Positions 1 through 17,649 of a stretch of DNA of 64,000 bases are shown here, one piece after another (position 1 is the stretch's first letter; each line of letters opens with the position of its first letter). Below the pieces are notes generated by a model that was not told where the DNA came from, searched no databases, and saw only the letters and a list, made by a program, of their open reading frames with translations. The translations under genes and the position numbers were made by a program. This DNA is from Vicugna vicugna (taxonomy: Eukaryota), in the NCBI GenBank assembly GCA_013265495.1, contig MU058252.1, positions 124,001 through 188,000 of the forward strand, given 5' to 3'.

Positions 1-784
1 ATATGTCAAAACTTATCAAATTGTACACTGTAAATATGTGCAGTTCATTGTAATCAATTATACCCCAATAAAGATAAACCAATGCAAATCAAAGTACAAA
101 CAAGCATACATAAGTTAGACAAGTCGTTTGGAATGGTGAGGTAAGGGTAGAGGGGGGCTGGTCAAAGGAATGACCAAGAATTTTAGAAAGAAATGAGGAA
201 AAATACTGCGCTAAAAATAAAAACAAATATGAAATGTTCACCGTTGAAAACACAAAAAAATATTTTAAATTACGAAGTCTGGTGATTGGTTTTATATGGT
301 TCTACCCTTTGGGCATGAAGGCTGCTGATTTTCAAACATATCGACTTTAAAGCAGTTACGTCTGGTCCCGGAATCCGGAACAGATGTCTTTGGATAACTT
401 TCTAAACCTGAGATGCTTTTGCAAATTTTGGTTTGCGTCCTAAATTTTTGGTCCACTCTCAGCAGTTACAGTCAGCTTTGTCTGTTTCGTGTGATTAGCA
501 CCATTCTCATCACTTTTACAATATTGTCTCTAGTTCTAAGTAAGCGATCCAATCAGTAAGGCCCTTTTTGTTGCAGGAAACAGAAGTTCCACTCACGCAG
601 CTTAAGCAAAAAAGGAAATTTTTCTCGTTTCAGTCATAGCTAGATTCTCTCTCTTCTCCCCTCCCCTGCTTCCACTACCCCTCTCCCCTCCCTCTGTCCT
701 TTCTTTCTCTTTCCCCTCCTCCTCGTCTCCCCCATCCCTCTCCTCCCCTTCCCCATCCCTCTCCTCCCCTTCCCCTCCCCTCTC

Positions 785-919
785 NNNNNNNNNNNNNNNN
801 NNNNNNNNNNNNNNNNNNNNNNNNNNNNNNNNNNNNNNNNNNNNNNNNNNNNNNNNNNNNNNNNNNNNNNNNNNNNNNNNNNNNNNNNNNNNNNNNNNNN
901 NNNNNNNNNNNNNNNNNNN
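785..919. other. Assembly gap (135 N) within a pyrimidine-rich low-complexity repeat (~640-990)
   Basis: Run of N; both flanks carry repeated CCCCATCCCTCTCCTCCCCTT-like units. Confidence 0.98.
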
Positions 920-3900
920 CCCCATCCCTCTCCTCCCCTTCCCCTCCCCCCCCGCTCCTCCCCTCCTCTTCTCTTCCTGCTCCCTCCACCTCTCATAACA
1001 GCTTTTAGTGTTAGTTTCTCTCCCACTGGCCCTCTCAGTGGGGGAGGGGCGTATGCAGAGCACCAGCTTACATTATTTTTACAGCTAGCAATCCAGGAAG
1101 AAAAAGAACTTCTTTTTCCAATTATTCCAACAAAAATCCCAGGACTGAGTCTTGTGGGACAGCCTTGGATCCCAAGCCCATCCCTAAACCCATGCCTCGG
1201 GGATGGAGGATGGGATACACGTGGTCCCCCTCCCCCAAGTCCCAGCATGAGAGAGGGTGAGGTTATGGAGTCACTCAGGTAAAGTGCAGGAGCTGAGAGC
1301 CGAGGAGGAGTGTTTCCAAAGGAAATCAGGGAGCCTGCTCCCAGAAAGCAGGAATGGATGCTAAGCTGCCAAAACAATCAAGTCGCCCAAAAAGATTCTT
1401 TAAAAATTTTTAAGTTCTTAAGGTCAGTATTTATTTCTATTTTAAAATGCTCAAGAGACTTTTAAAAGGCCCAACGATATTCCAGTTTAATATAAATTCA
1501 GACTGAGGTGATGTCTGTTTCTCCCTTGCTGACGCCTCAATTTGATCCTGGTTAATTACACACTTGGATAATTCTTCTAGTCGGGCAATGGTGATTTCCT
1601 CTGACTCCCGGCATCTTCCATAAAAGTCCATCAGTCCAGGAATGATAGAAAATGCAATACCAGAAACAAGCACGACGTGTTTGCAGATCCTACTTGAACA
1701 TCCTTCCTGTCTTATTTTCTGAAACCAGGTCCTCTGATTATCAATTTGGGAAGCTGAGATAATGACGAGTCTCATCTGGTATTAAACACAGCTCTCCTCT
1801 ACAGAAACCAGCAAACACCCCTTCAAGATAAAACACATTCTCCCAAGGAAGGCAATATGAGGGGACTATAGATGAAACTAGACCTGATCAAGGTAAACTT
1901 TCGTGGAAAGAAGAAAAGGTGTTCCTGAGGGGGGTGAGGGGGGGGGTGTGTTACTATTGGGTATAGCTTGAAAATGTCCTTTTAAATTTGTGTTTTTAGA
2001 GAGCAATCCTTAAGCAATGCTATTTGCGATTACAAATATCTAAAACAAAATAAAGTGAATTATGTAGATGATTTTTAAAAGACAAATCAAAATTGAATGT
2101 TTCATTCATGTATTGACAGTAGTGCGCACCACAGTGATGTAGTTTACTTATGCATAATTTAAGTTGATCCTCTTTCAAAGTTATTTTTGAGTTTTCTTTG
2201 CAACGTTTACTTTTTTCTCAGCCAGTGACATCTTCATTATCTATGAATACCTGTCTCCCTGTCTCGTTCCATCACCAGGAGTGACTGCTCCAACTTCCCA
2301 CAGGGAAGATGCGGGTGTCCTCACCCTGCCCTTCCTCCCTCATCCCCACCGCCTTCAACTCCCACCTGCTGCCAACTTAATCTCTTGTATCTTCTTCCAG
2401 ATCTGATCCACTGGGAGATCCCACCTCTCCTTTGGATGGGTTTCTCCCTAGTTTTTTTAGCATAAACCATCAAATATCATTAAAAAGTACGTGGGAGGCA
2501 CAATTTCCAAATTCCAGATAGTGTGAAAATAATTTTTCCTGCCCCTTCATTCAAGAGCCAGATTGGTGCCCTTTAAAAACTTCCTAATTCAAAATCATTT
2601 TCCCTCAAAATTCTGATGCCATTACTCCATTTGTTCTCCAGCTTAGATTGGATCTGATGCCAGTCTAATTCTTATACCTTTGTAAGCACCCTAATCATTA
2701 ATGCCATTGTTTGTTGTTTAACTTTTGGAATTTTCTTCTTATCCTGGGTGCTCAGAAATTTCATGAAGATGGGTCTAAGTGTGAAAGAGTCGATTTTTTC
2801 CTGTTTCTTGTGGGCCTTCTCATTCTGCAAATTAAAGTCTTCCCGTAACTCTGTAGTCTTCTTCATACTGATTTTTCCTCCCCAGTCCTTTCTCCCCTTC
2901 AGAGGTTCCTATTAGTGGATGTCTCACTAACAGAACCGATTATCTTCTTTTGCTCTGATTTTGTTCTCTCATATTTCATACCTCTTCCTCTTCTTCATCT
3001 TTTTGTTTTCTAGATTTTCTTTGGACTTTTTTTTTAGCAACCATAGGTTTGATCTCTAAGTAACTCTTGTCTTCTGGTCCCCGGAGACAGCATGTCCTTA
3101 TGGCTGATGGCTGCAATGGACTGCTCCCTATGCTGCTGAGGGTGCTGTTTGGATGTGTTTCCCTTCTGCTTCTCTAGCAGCTCACTGGGACCTCTGCTTT
3201 CCTCAGGCACCTGGTCTTCATTCTTGCAAATGAAGGTAGAGGCAGCCTGAATGTGCCACATCCACTCTGGGACTTTCCTGGGGACCCTCCCCACCCGGGA
3301 AGTCTGATTAGAGACTCTGGACTCCCAAACCCCGAAACGTCAGAAAACGAGGCCTTACTATGTAAGTGAGCAGCACCCTATTATCATTGGTGACCATCTG
3401 TAATGGTGTTTGTAACTGCTTAACTGTATGATGGCTTAAAGGGTTTTTCTCATGCTCCTGCTGACCAGGGTTGGGCTGGAGAAGAGGGAGGCTAGGATGG
3501 TCCGCCCAACTCCCTTGTGGTGCTGGTGCTGCGTGCAGGGATCATGCTCAGTGCCCTCCTCCTGACCTCAGTGCCCTCCTCTTGACCCCTTGCGGTTTCC
3601 TCGTATCCTTTCGTTGGAGGAGCATTAGTTCAATGGCATTAAGTATATTCACATTGTTGTGCAACCATCATCACCATCCATCTCCAGAAATTTTCCATTT
3701 ATCCTAAATAGAAACTCTCCTCCCATTAAATACTAACTCCCAATTTTCCCCTCTCTCTAAACTATACACTTAAAATGGTTTAAATGGTTTTAAAAGTTAA
3801 TGAAAATAAATAAATTTTAATACATAAATAACTAAGATACTTTTAGTGAGAGTTGGGAGAAAAAAACAGCAAAGACTTCAAAGTTGGTACTTTTCTTACA

Positions 3901-4329
3901 GAAAAGAAAACAAATAATGTAGTAAGTTTAAAGAAACAAAATAGATCATCAATGGCATGACTGGGAACAAGAGAGCATCAAAAAAGAACAGAAATATTTT
4001 AAAAAGAAGCTAGTATAGTATCTTGAAAAATTATTTTTTTAAATAATTTCTCAGGGAGCATTTTCGAAGGAAAATAAATTCCTATACAACTACACATTTT
4101 GAAGTAAATCTTCAAAATACCAAAGATAAGATAAAGATCTTAAAGGCAACCAGAACTGGAAATAATTAACTAAAGCTAGAATATTATATCCAGTGAAACT
4201 ATCTATCTTGAGCCGAGTATAATAAAGAACATTATGATAAATAAAAACTAAGAAGGCTTACCACCAAGAGACCCCACTTTTTTTTCCAGTGTTTGCAGTG
4301 ACTTTTTTTCGTGTTTACATTTTATTTTT

Positions 4330-4976
4330 ATTTTTCATGGGGGTATAATTGATTTACAATATTGTGTTAGTTTCAGGTGTACAGCAAAGTGATTCAGATG
4401 TTTATGTATATATTCTTTTTCAGATTCTTTTCCATTCTAGGTTATTACAAGCTAGTGAATATATTTCCCTGTGCTATACAGTAAATCCTTGTTGTTTATC
4501 TGTTTTATATATGGCAGTATCTATCTGTTAATCCCATACTCCTAATTTACCCCTCCCCCTACTTCCCCTTTGGTAATCATAAGTTTGTGTTCTATGTCTC
4601 TGAGTCTGTTTCTGTTTTGTAGACAGATTCTTTTGTATTATTTTTTAGATTCCACACATTTGTGATATCCATGATATTTGCCTTTTTCTTTCTGACTTTC
4701 TTCACTTTGTATGATAATCTCTACATCCATCCAAGTTGCTGCAAATGGCAATATTTCATTCTTTTCTATGGCTGGATAATATTCCTTTCTATACACACAT
4801 ACACACACACCTCATGTCTTCTTTATCCAGTCATCTGTTGATGGACACTTAGGTTGCTTCCACGTCTTGGCTATTGTAAATAGTGCTGCTATGAACATTG
4901 AAGTGCATGTATCTTTTCAACTTAGAGTTTTTGTCTTTTCTGGATATATGCCCAGGAGTGGGACTGCTGAATCATA
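4330..4976 (-). mobile_element. 5'-truncated L1 3' end inserted into older L1M sequence
   Basis: Typical antisense artiodactyl L1 3' text (TTGTGTTAGTTTCAGGTGTACAGCAAAGTGATTCAG ... GCTATTGTAAATAGTGCTGCTATGAACATTG) preceded by a T-rich tail. Confidence 0.8.
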
Positions 4977-6997
4977 TAAGAGACTTCCAGTTTTGAAGAA
5001 ACTTTTAAAGGCTGCACCTCAAGAAAGAACAAAAATTATATCCAAAAGAATGCCTGGACTATAGAAAGAAAAGAAGAGCTTTTTTTTTTTCTTTAATGAA
5101 AACATACATAAATTTAAACAAACACTGAGTATACAAAAAATCTAATTTGTGGGGTTAAAATAAATCGAGATAAAACTAAAATTCAAGATAAGAATCTCAT
5201 ATAACAAGGAGCATTCTAAAGGCACTATATATTTTTCAGGTAAAGGACAAGGCTATTGATTATCTTTAGAATTTGTTTAGTCAGGTGCACATGCTTTAAA
5301 AAAGAAAAAGATTTCAAAGGAAACCACTACAAAAGGAGAAATCCTCCTGAATGAGCAGTGGGTGGGGGGTTGAAGATGGGGAGAGGGAGAAATAAACCAA
5401 ACCAATAAACGCTGAAGACGCTCGGAGAAGCACATGCTGCTACTGAAAACCAACACCGTGTTGTCTCCCTCCTGCTTCAGAAAGGTGTTGTTTTTTTAAA
5501 CAAAGTTGATAATGTTCCATAAAACTTAACTACAAACTTTTTTGTCAGCAAGTCTTTGGATCTGAATCTCCGGGGCCTTCCTTGTGTTGTTTAAGGTGAC
5601 TTGGCCTTATCCCGTCCACTAAAGTATCTCTGAACAGACTCTGGGCCTTGCAGGGGCAAGAAACAGTAAATGAATATTCCAGTAGCAGGAAAGCCCTCCC
5701 CTCCCCGTCATTTCATAGCTTTCTCTTTAGGATACACTTTTCCAGGCAGTTTTCCTGATTGACCCAGGTAGGTAACGGAGCAGAAGGCAGGGAAATTCCC
5801 AGATGCCTCCCAGATTGAGTAAGGACAGCGACCACCCACATCACAGCAAACAACCCTTGGCCCCGGGCTGAGCCTGGAAAGCCCGGAGGAGGAGCCAGGA
5901 AGCGAACGGAGGAGGAGCTGCAGGCGGACAGGGGCTCCTTCCGCCCCTCCTGGTCCAAGCAGCGGTCAGCTCCCGGAGCGGGGGGGGGGACGGGGGACCA
6001 AGCTCTGAAGACTGCAGGCTCAAACATGAACACAACTGGGTGTTAAACACCAAATGTGAGACCACTTTAATGACCACGTTTAGGAATCTGGAATCTGGTG
6101 CTGTTATTAAAAGACCAGTATCCAAATGGGGAAATGAGGAGCCGACGAAACACGGTGGAAAGTAGTGATTGGAAACGAGTAACAGAACCATTTCCCGTTT
6201 ACACTCTGAATGGTTTTAAATCCTTCAGTAAATATAAAGAGGCTTGGGATTATCTGCCTGACCCCATGTCAGGGTCATGAAGTGATTTCTAGCTGCGTGT
6301 ATGCAGTTTGGCCACCAAGACTGCGCTGTGCAAATAGACAAATAGCCGTTGGTTTTTCTAAGTAAACAAAAGCAAGGGGTAAACTCTAAGTTTACCATGT
6401 ACACATCTATCGAGGGGGAGAGGAGTGTGACATCTGATTTCCTACAGAAAAGGAAACCAAAGATGAGCAAACTCCCACAGCTATTCACAAATTGAGGAGA
6501 GGGAGGGCAGGGGAGACAGAAAATCGGGGAGGGTGGGGGAGTCCGGTGGAGGAGTCGCTTCCCCCAGAGACTTAGAAACTTCAGGGGGAAAAAAAGAGGT
6601 TGCCAGACTCTGACAGTAAGAGATGACTTCATGCTGCAAAACCAAAACGACAGCGTTTAAACAAATCATCAAGTTGACGTCTGTTTACCAGGATGAAAAA
6701 TGAAAAGAACTTCTGTCTGATCTAGCCATAAAAGGACTGGTTTAGAAATACTGACGCACAGGAATGCACAGCATCTTAAGCTGAAAAAAGTAAAGCTGCC
6801 TCCTCTTCCCAGCATCTTCAGTTCTGCCCTGCTGTTGCTTCTTATCACGAAAATTCCTTTTTAGAACTCTAAGTTTATCGAGTACACATCTATCAAAATT
6901 TATCAAATTTTACATCTGGAATGTGTGTAGTTTACTGTACAGGAACCATACCACAATAAAGATGTTTTTTAATATATATAATATATATATTTTTTTA

Positions 6998-7318
6998 GGG
7001 TACAAACTTCCAGTTTTAAGATAAATGGGTACCAGGGATATAATGTACCATATGTTAAATAGAATTAACACTGCTATATGTTTTATGTGAAGGCTACTGG
7101 GAAGTGGGTTCTGGGAAGTCTCATCACAGGAAAAAAACTTTTTTCTATTTCTTTAATTTTGTACCTGCGTGAGATGGTGGCTGTTCCCTGGGCTTGCGGT
7201 AATCACTTCATGATGTATGTGGGTCAAATCATTATGCTGTGTGCCTTAGATGTATTCAGTGCTGTATGTTAATTATATCTCAATAAAACTGGAAGAAAAA
7301 ATAGGATTAAAAAAAAAA
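6998..7318 (+). mobile_element. L1 3' end (L1MA-like) with poly(A) tail
   Basis: GGGTACAAACTTCCAGTT ... AATTATATCTCAATAAAACTGGAAGAAAAA followed by an A run. Confidence 0.7.
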
Positions 7319-7661
7319 CCTCTAAGGTTACCAAGTTCATAAAAAGAATGAAAACAAAGAGATCAAATTCAAGAGAGTCTGTCCTCTGTCTGAAAAAGCC
7401 CCCTAGATATCATTACCTGTGCTTCTCAAACTGTGCTGAGCCCAGGAAGCACCTGGGGATCTTGAGAAAATGCAAATCTTGGTTCGGAGGTCTAGGGTGG
7501 GGCAAAGAGATTGTGTCTCTAGCAAGCGCTCCGTGTTACCCATGCCACTGGTCCCAGAATCTGGGGGCAGGTGCACAGCTGGGGAAGCCAGAGTTCAGGA
7601 TCCCTGAGTTCCGTCAGTCACCCAGCAGAACTACCCACTCCCTCCACTGGGGTCCCCAGCA

Positions 7662-7847
7662 CCAGGATGGCAAACTCTATCTTAGGATTTGTGGACCATT
7701 TAGTCTCTGCTGAGACCACTCAACTCTACCTTTGCAGCATAGACAGTGTGGAAACCAGTAAGTGTGGCTGTGTTTCAATAAAACTTTATTTATAAAAACA
7801 GATGGCAGACCAGATTTGCCCCTCAGGTTATAATTTGCCAAACCCTG
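7662..7847. mobile_element. MER58-like hAT DNA transposon fragment
   Basis: GGCAAAC...TTTGCC termini and the characteristic GGCTGTGTTTCAATAAAACTTTATTTATAAAAACAG core. Confidence 0.65.
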
Positions 7848-8505
7848 TCCAATACTCTGAACATAATTCTGTCTCATCTCTGTGACCTTTTATTACACAA
7901 GCCTGTTGACACATCTCTAAGGACTAGGCCAGTGAGGAGCCCTCCACTCTAAATTCCCACAGCAGGGCCACGCCTCGCTCATCCCAGCAGCTCTGCACCT
8001 GTCAGCGCAGCCTTGCAGGGCAGGACTGTGCAGTGGGCAAAGGGGGGCTCCCCAGCCACTTCTGTTGTGGGTCTGCTAAGTCGTAATAAAGCCTGCCTCT
8101 CAGAGAAGAAGAGAGAGGGGGAGGGAGGGAGAAAGAGAGAGAGAAAGAAAGAAAAAGGAAGGAAGGATGGGAAGGAGGGAGGGAGGAAAAATCTTGTTCC
8201 ATCCCTCACATAATTCTGTAAAACCCAAACCAGTTATAGATGCTTGAAGACAATCTTGGTAGGTTAAAAACGTTCTCAGTCTATGAGGGTTATTTTCACT
8301 TTACATTGAACAGAAAGAAATCCTAACAAGGAGTTTTTGCACTTGGGATATAGAGCAGAACATAATTAAATTGAGTCTTATTGGAACCTTGTGGCCATAA
8401 GATAAATAACTTTTGTTTAATTTCTTGTGTATCAACACACCACGCATATCAACAAAGGGAGACCACATCCTTCCTGCACAAAATTTTTGTTTGTAGTCGA
8501 TTCTC

Positions 8506-8511
8506 TTTAAT
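8506..8511 (-). terminator. TMEM176B: Probable TMEM176B polyadenylation signal (ATTAAA)
   Basis: ATTAAA on the - strand ~210 nt after the stop codon. Confidence 0.55.
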
Positions 8512-8721
8512 CAGCATTGAGGAAAACATGACAATACCTGTCCATTGAATTGAGGACACAAGTAGGAGAGTGGGTGAGGGTGGGGGGGAGAGGAGGCGGG
8601 GCCAAAGGAAGCAAGTGTGAGGGACAGGGCAGGGAGGGGCCCTGGGGAGCATGTGCCCCTCTGCACAGGCCCTGGGCTGCTCTGGAAGGACGTGCAGGGT
8701 CCAGGCAAGGTCTTGGGCTGC

Positions 8722-13274
<4,553 letters not shown>

Positions 13275-16089
13275 TCAAGGGTCTTCCCAGTGCAGGTGTC
13301 CATGTCACAGTGCCCTTAACCTGGGATGCAAATCTGAATCACCACACATATTCTTGGACATACCCTTAAATGGTCGGATACAGTTTGTCTGGGTCTTGGG
13401 ATTGACAAAGGTAAGAATCTGAATTATTTCAGCAACTTAGTATATATATTTATGCATAATACTTTCATTTGATTAGAAAAATCAGAAGATATAAAAAGGT
13501 GTACCTTTAAAACCCTCTCTCCTATCTTCCTCTCTCAGCTAGCTAGTTACCTTCCAGGTGGAAAAATACTATCATTTTCTTACATCCCCTACAATGACTT
13601 TTTTGTAACATAAAAACATGTAAAAATATTCTTTTTCTCCCCTCTTTCCCACAAATGGCAGGATGCTACACACACAGCTTCTGCACAATGATTTGTTCAC
13701 AAAACCCAGTTTTAAAAATAATCCTGCATAGGAAACTATATTCAATATCCTGTAATAAAGCATAATGGACATGAATATGAAATATATACACATACATATA
13801 ACTGAATCACTTTGCTGTACACCAGAAAGTAACACAACACTGTGAAAATTTTTTAAATATAAAATAAATAAAAAGAAGAAAAGAATCCTACATTGCTCCA
13901 GAAAATGCCTCCTTGCTCATTTGTATGGCTGTATAGTATTCCATTGTGTGACTGCATCATAATTTTTCAAACAGTCCCTTACTCATAGACATTTATGTTT
14001 TCCTTACAAACAGTATGGTATGGAGTTGGCAGGTCAGTAGGACTGTGCATTTGTCATTTTAATAAATATTACCCTCCATGGAGCTACATCATGCAATTCA
14101 CATATAGAAGCAAGTTCCAAGAGTCTCCACTGCCCATCCCCATGGCTAGCAGAAGGTGTCAGCAAACTGAAATGTTTTTCAAATGTATATAAGGAAAATT
14201 ACATTCTGTTGTAGATTCTAATCCTTTTTATGCAATAAAATACCCTCTTTTAATTGTGTGTCTCAAGGAGTTTTAACAAATGTGAAAATTTTTACAACCA
14301 TAACTACAATCAAGATATAGAACATTTCTGCGTTGCAAAAAGTTCCCTAGTGTCCTCTCCCCAGTAAACTTTCCCCAAGCCCTGCTCCCAGGTAACCAAT
14401 AATCAGCTTTCTGTGACTATTCCAGTAGCGTTAGTTCTTTTATTATGAATGAAGTTGGTCATCTTTTTTTACCCTTCTTTTGTGAGCTTTCCATTCATGT
14501 CCTATGACCTGCCTGTTTTACTTTGTTTTGTTTTGGTCTTTATAGGAGTTCTTTGTGTATTTGAGAATTACCGTCTGTCACTTGAGTTCCAAATACTGCT
14601 TCACAGTTTATGATTTATCCTTTGACTTTGCTCGTATTTTCATTTTATCAAAGTTTTCAATCATTTTTTATGATTTCTGAGTTTTATAACATACTTAAAA
14701 AGGACTTTCCCGTCTCAAAGTTATAAAATAATTCTTCTATGTTTTCTTCTAAGTGTTTTTATGTTTTCAGTTTTCACATTTAAATGTTGATCCATCTGGA
14801 ATTTATCTTGTAAGTAAGTTGTAAAGAATGGATCCAAGTTAGTTTTATTTTATATTTTTCAGATGGTTGACTTCTGAAGACTATGTTCTGTTTATCATCT
14901 TTCTGCCACTGACTAAAATGCTCCCCTGAGCAAAAATGCAATTCCCATAGGAATCCAAGACTATTTTAGTCTTTACATTCTGCCCACTGGTGGGTCTGAT
15001 GATACATCATCACCATAATTTTAATTGTGAGTATAGAGTTTAATATTTAGTTGAGCTATTTCATGACCCCACTCCATGTTACTTTTTTCTTTCATGACCA
15101 TTTTTGCTTAACTGCTTCTCCTCATACACTTTAAAATCAACTTGCCCAGGTCCAAAAGAAATCCTCTACAGGTGATTCTCATGGACATCCTACTTACATG
15201 TCGCTGTTTAAATCGTAATATTATTAATAACAGTTCTAATAACATCAGCAACAACAGTAAGCTTAAAGTCTTCCCACTTGTAATCTATGCGCTCTTCAGG
15301 GAAGTTTCACTCTCTCACCTGCCTGGTCTCCTTTGAGCTATAAACGACAGATGTTTGACAATTCTGCAAATGCACAAAGCGGTTCATACTTGTTCACAGA
15401 CACACAAGGAAGTCCAGCCTGGATTCTAACCAGATCTTCCTTAGGGCTCAAGAGTCAGCATCACGCTGCAGTCATGAATGTGCCTTGGGCTCCAGCTCCC
15501 TCTGAACATCCTGGGTACCACCGCTACCCCCACCCACCCACCCTGGACTCCAATCCCCAGATTATCCTAGCTTCCTGCTCTTCCTCTGAGCCAGGCCAGC
15601 CCCATGAAGATTCCCCACCCTGACTCCATGCTGTGGGCTCTTTCTTGGTGCCCTGGATACTACCTCTGCCTGATTCCTCTCAGTGACTCTAAAGCTGGGG
15701 AGAGAGGGCCAGCATCCCGGCTACACCCTGGGCCCTCCACCTCCACCTTTACTAGCAAAGGATCTCTCATCACAAAAGCACCTGAGCCTCAGCCACCCAA
15801 CCCTCAATAAAGGCATGAAGCACTGGTGAAGGTGAGGGAGAGCCAGGTTGACGTGGCTGGGCACGGGACCCCCACCCTCCCCAGCCATCCTTCTAGGGTC
15901 ACACCCTCTATCCAGTGCGTCCCTCTCTCCCAAGTAAGTCCTCTGGGAACCAGGAATGGGGGGAGAATGACATCCTGTGAGACAGGATGGGAACTCTGGG
16001 GACTGGTCTTGGAGACCCCTTGAGAGAAAGGGAGAGGGGTCCTGCAGTGAGAGTCTCTTGGGAGGGAATCACCCGGGCTGTCAGGGCCC

Positions 16090-17100
16090 TGCTCACCTGC
16101 CGTCACCAGTGCTGAGCAGAGCAGAGCTGGGAGGAGCTGCCCCAGAGCTGAGGAACCTGCCAGTGGTGGGGAGCCGAAGGAAGCGGTGGAGGGATGAGGC
16201 CCTGACCTTCAGCATCTTGACTTCCCAGAAAATAGCTGGGCCAAGGGGGCCCCTCTAGGGGGATTCCGTCTTGGGTAGATAATGAGGCTGGCTGGAGAAG
16301 ACAGCACCCCCCTACACACATACACACTGGCACACTCATACCCACTCAGACAGCACACACTCGCAGCACGGAGTTCAGAAAGCCCTTGCTGGGCGGGATA
16401 GGGAGAGAACACGCTCATAGGGCTCCTCCAGGCTGGTCAGCTCCATGGTCTCCCAAGCCACCCACCTCACCCCGACACTCTCCAGGGCATCTGTGCCCAG
16501 TCACCACCAACCTCCCCTTTCTGCCCTGTCCTCAGCACCACCCCCTCCCCAGCCCTCCCCAGCCCTCCCCATCACAAGGCACACTGGGACTCAGCACACT
16601 CGACTGCCAGCCCAGCCACTGGTCCCTGAGGAGAGCAGGTGAGGCAGGCCCTCGGCCCAGGGGCCCTTTCCCAGAGACCCTTCTCACAGGACCCCTCCCC
16701 AGAGGATTCCCCACCCTGATCCCTCAAGGGCCGCCCAAAACTTGCTTAGGAAGAAGGGAGGGAGGGAGGGAGGAACCAACCACCATGGAGAGGCTGTGCC
16801 TTCAGGGTGGTGACAGGAGCAGAGGCCAGGTACAATTCTGTCCCTGTTCGATGCCAAGTCATTCTGGCTTTTGACCTCCATCTCCAGCCACGACATGGTC
16901 TTTCATAGGGTTGAGGGGGTGCGGGGCGCTGTGTGAACTGGCAGTGCAGGGCTGAGTAGCCATGGGTGGAGAGGGAGGTACTTAGGGGCTGGGGTGGGGG
17001 CGGTCGCTAGGCCCACCTGGGAAGAAGCTGTCTCAATAGAAGTTCAACAGGCAGCCAGGACTCAGTTCTGTCCAGCAGCCTGAGGGCTCTGGGGAGAAGG
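16090..17100. promoter_or_regulatory. Shared bidirectional promoter / 5' non-coding exon region of TMEM176B and TMEM176A
   Basis: GC-rich segment between the head-to-head genes. Both first coding exons begin with acceptors, so upstream exons must exist. Candidate donors: CAG|GTGAGC (-, 16096), CAG|GTGAGG (+, 16639), CAG|GTGGGC (-, ~17016). GC boxes near 16921 and 16997. Confidence 0.55.
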
Positions 17101-17445
17101 GGTGGGCAGAGGAGCCAGGGTCGGGCCCATGGCTGCACAAGCAGGCTGGGAGCAGAAAGCCAAGGGGTGTGGATTACGGGTGCTGCTTGGTCCAGACCCC
17201 CCCCCCGACCCAGCCGTGGGAGGAGGTTAGGGAGACAGAGCAGATCTGGGATGAAGAGGGAGGCTCCAGTGGGCTCAGTGGTGGCCACAGCATCAGGGCG
17301 GTCAGGGATTTCTCACATGACACATCTCAAGTCCAGGATGCAGCTCTGTGACCAGGGCCTCCGCCAGTTTCCAGCTCCAGGAAAATCTGTAAAAACCTTC
17401 TGTGGACTTTTTGGCCCTGACACTCCTTTCCTCCCTCCCAGACGG

Positions 17446-17649
17446 ATGTCCACAGGCATGGAGACCGTAGACAGTGGGGAGGTGGCCCCTGAGGCTCCCC
17501 AGCCCACATGCATCCGGGTGCACGTCCACCAGGAGTCTGCGCTGGCCAAGCTCCTGCTGAGCAGCTGCTCCCTGCTGCAGCCCCTCGTCCCTGCGCCCGG
17601 CCCGGCCTCCCGGCCCTTGAGCAGCCACCGGCTGCTTGTGGCCTCCTGG
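17446..17649 (+). CDS. TMEM176A: TMEM176A coding exon 1
   Basis: cccag|ACGG ATG start; TGG|gtgagt donor; second in-frame ATG at 17458. Confidence 0.93.

Noticed and set aside
602..1377. Minus-strand ORFs of 104-245 aa
   Set aside because: They run through the N gap and a low-complexity C/T repeat; no recognisable protein.
1437..1775. 112-aa ORF as a possible pseudogene or GIMAP fragment
   Set aside because: No GTPase motifs or other recognisable domain in the frames I examined.
3547..3586. 20-bp tandem duplication CTCAGTGCCCTCCTC(C/T)TGAC
   Set aside because: Ordinary two-copy slippage duplication with no functional context.
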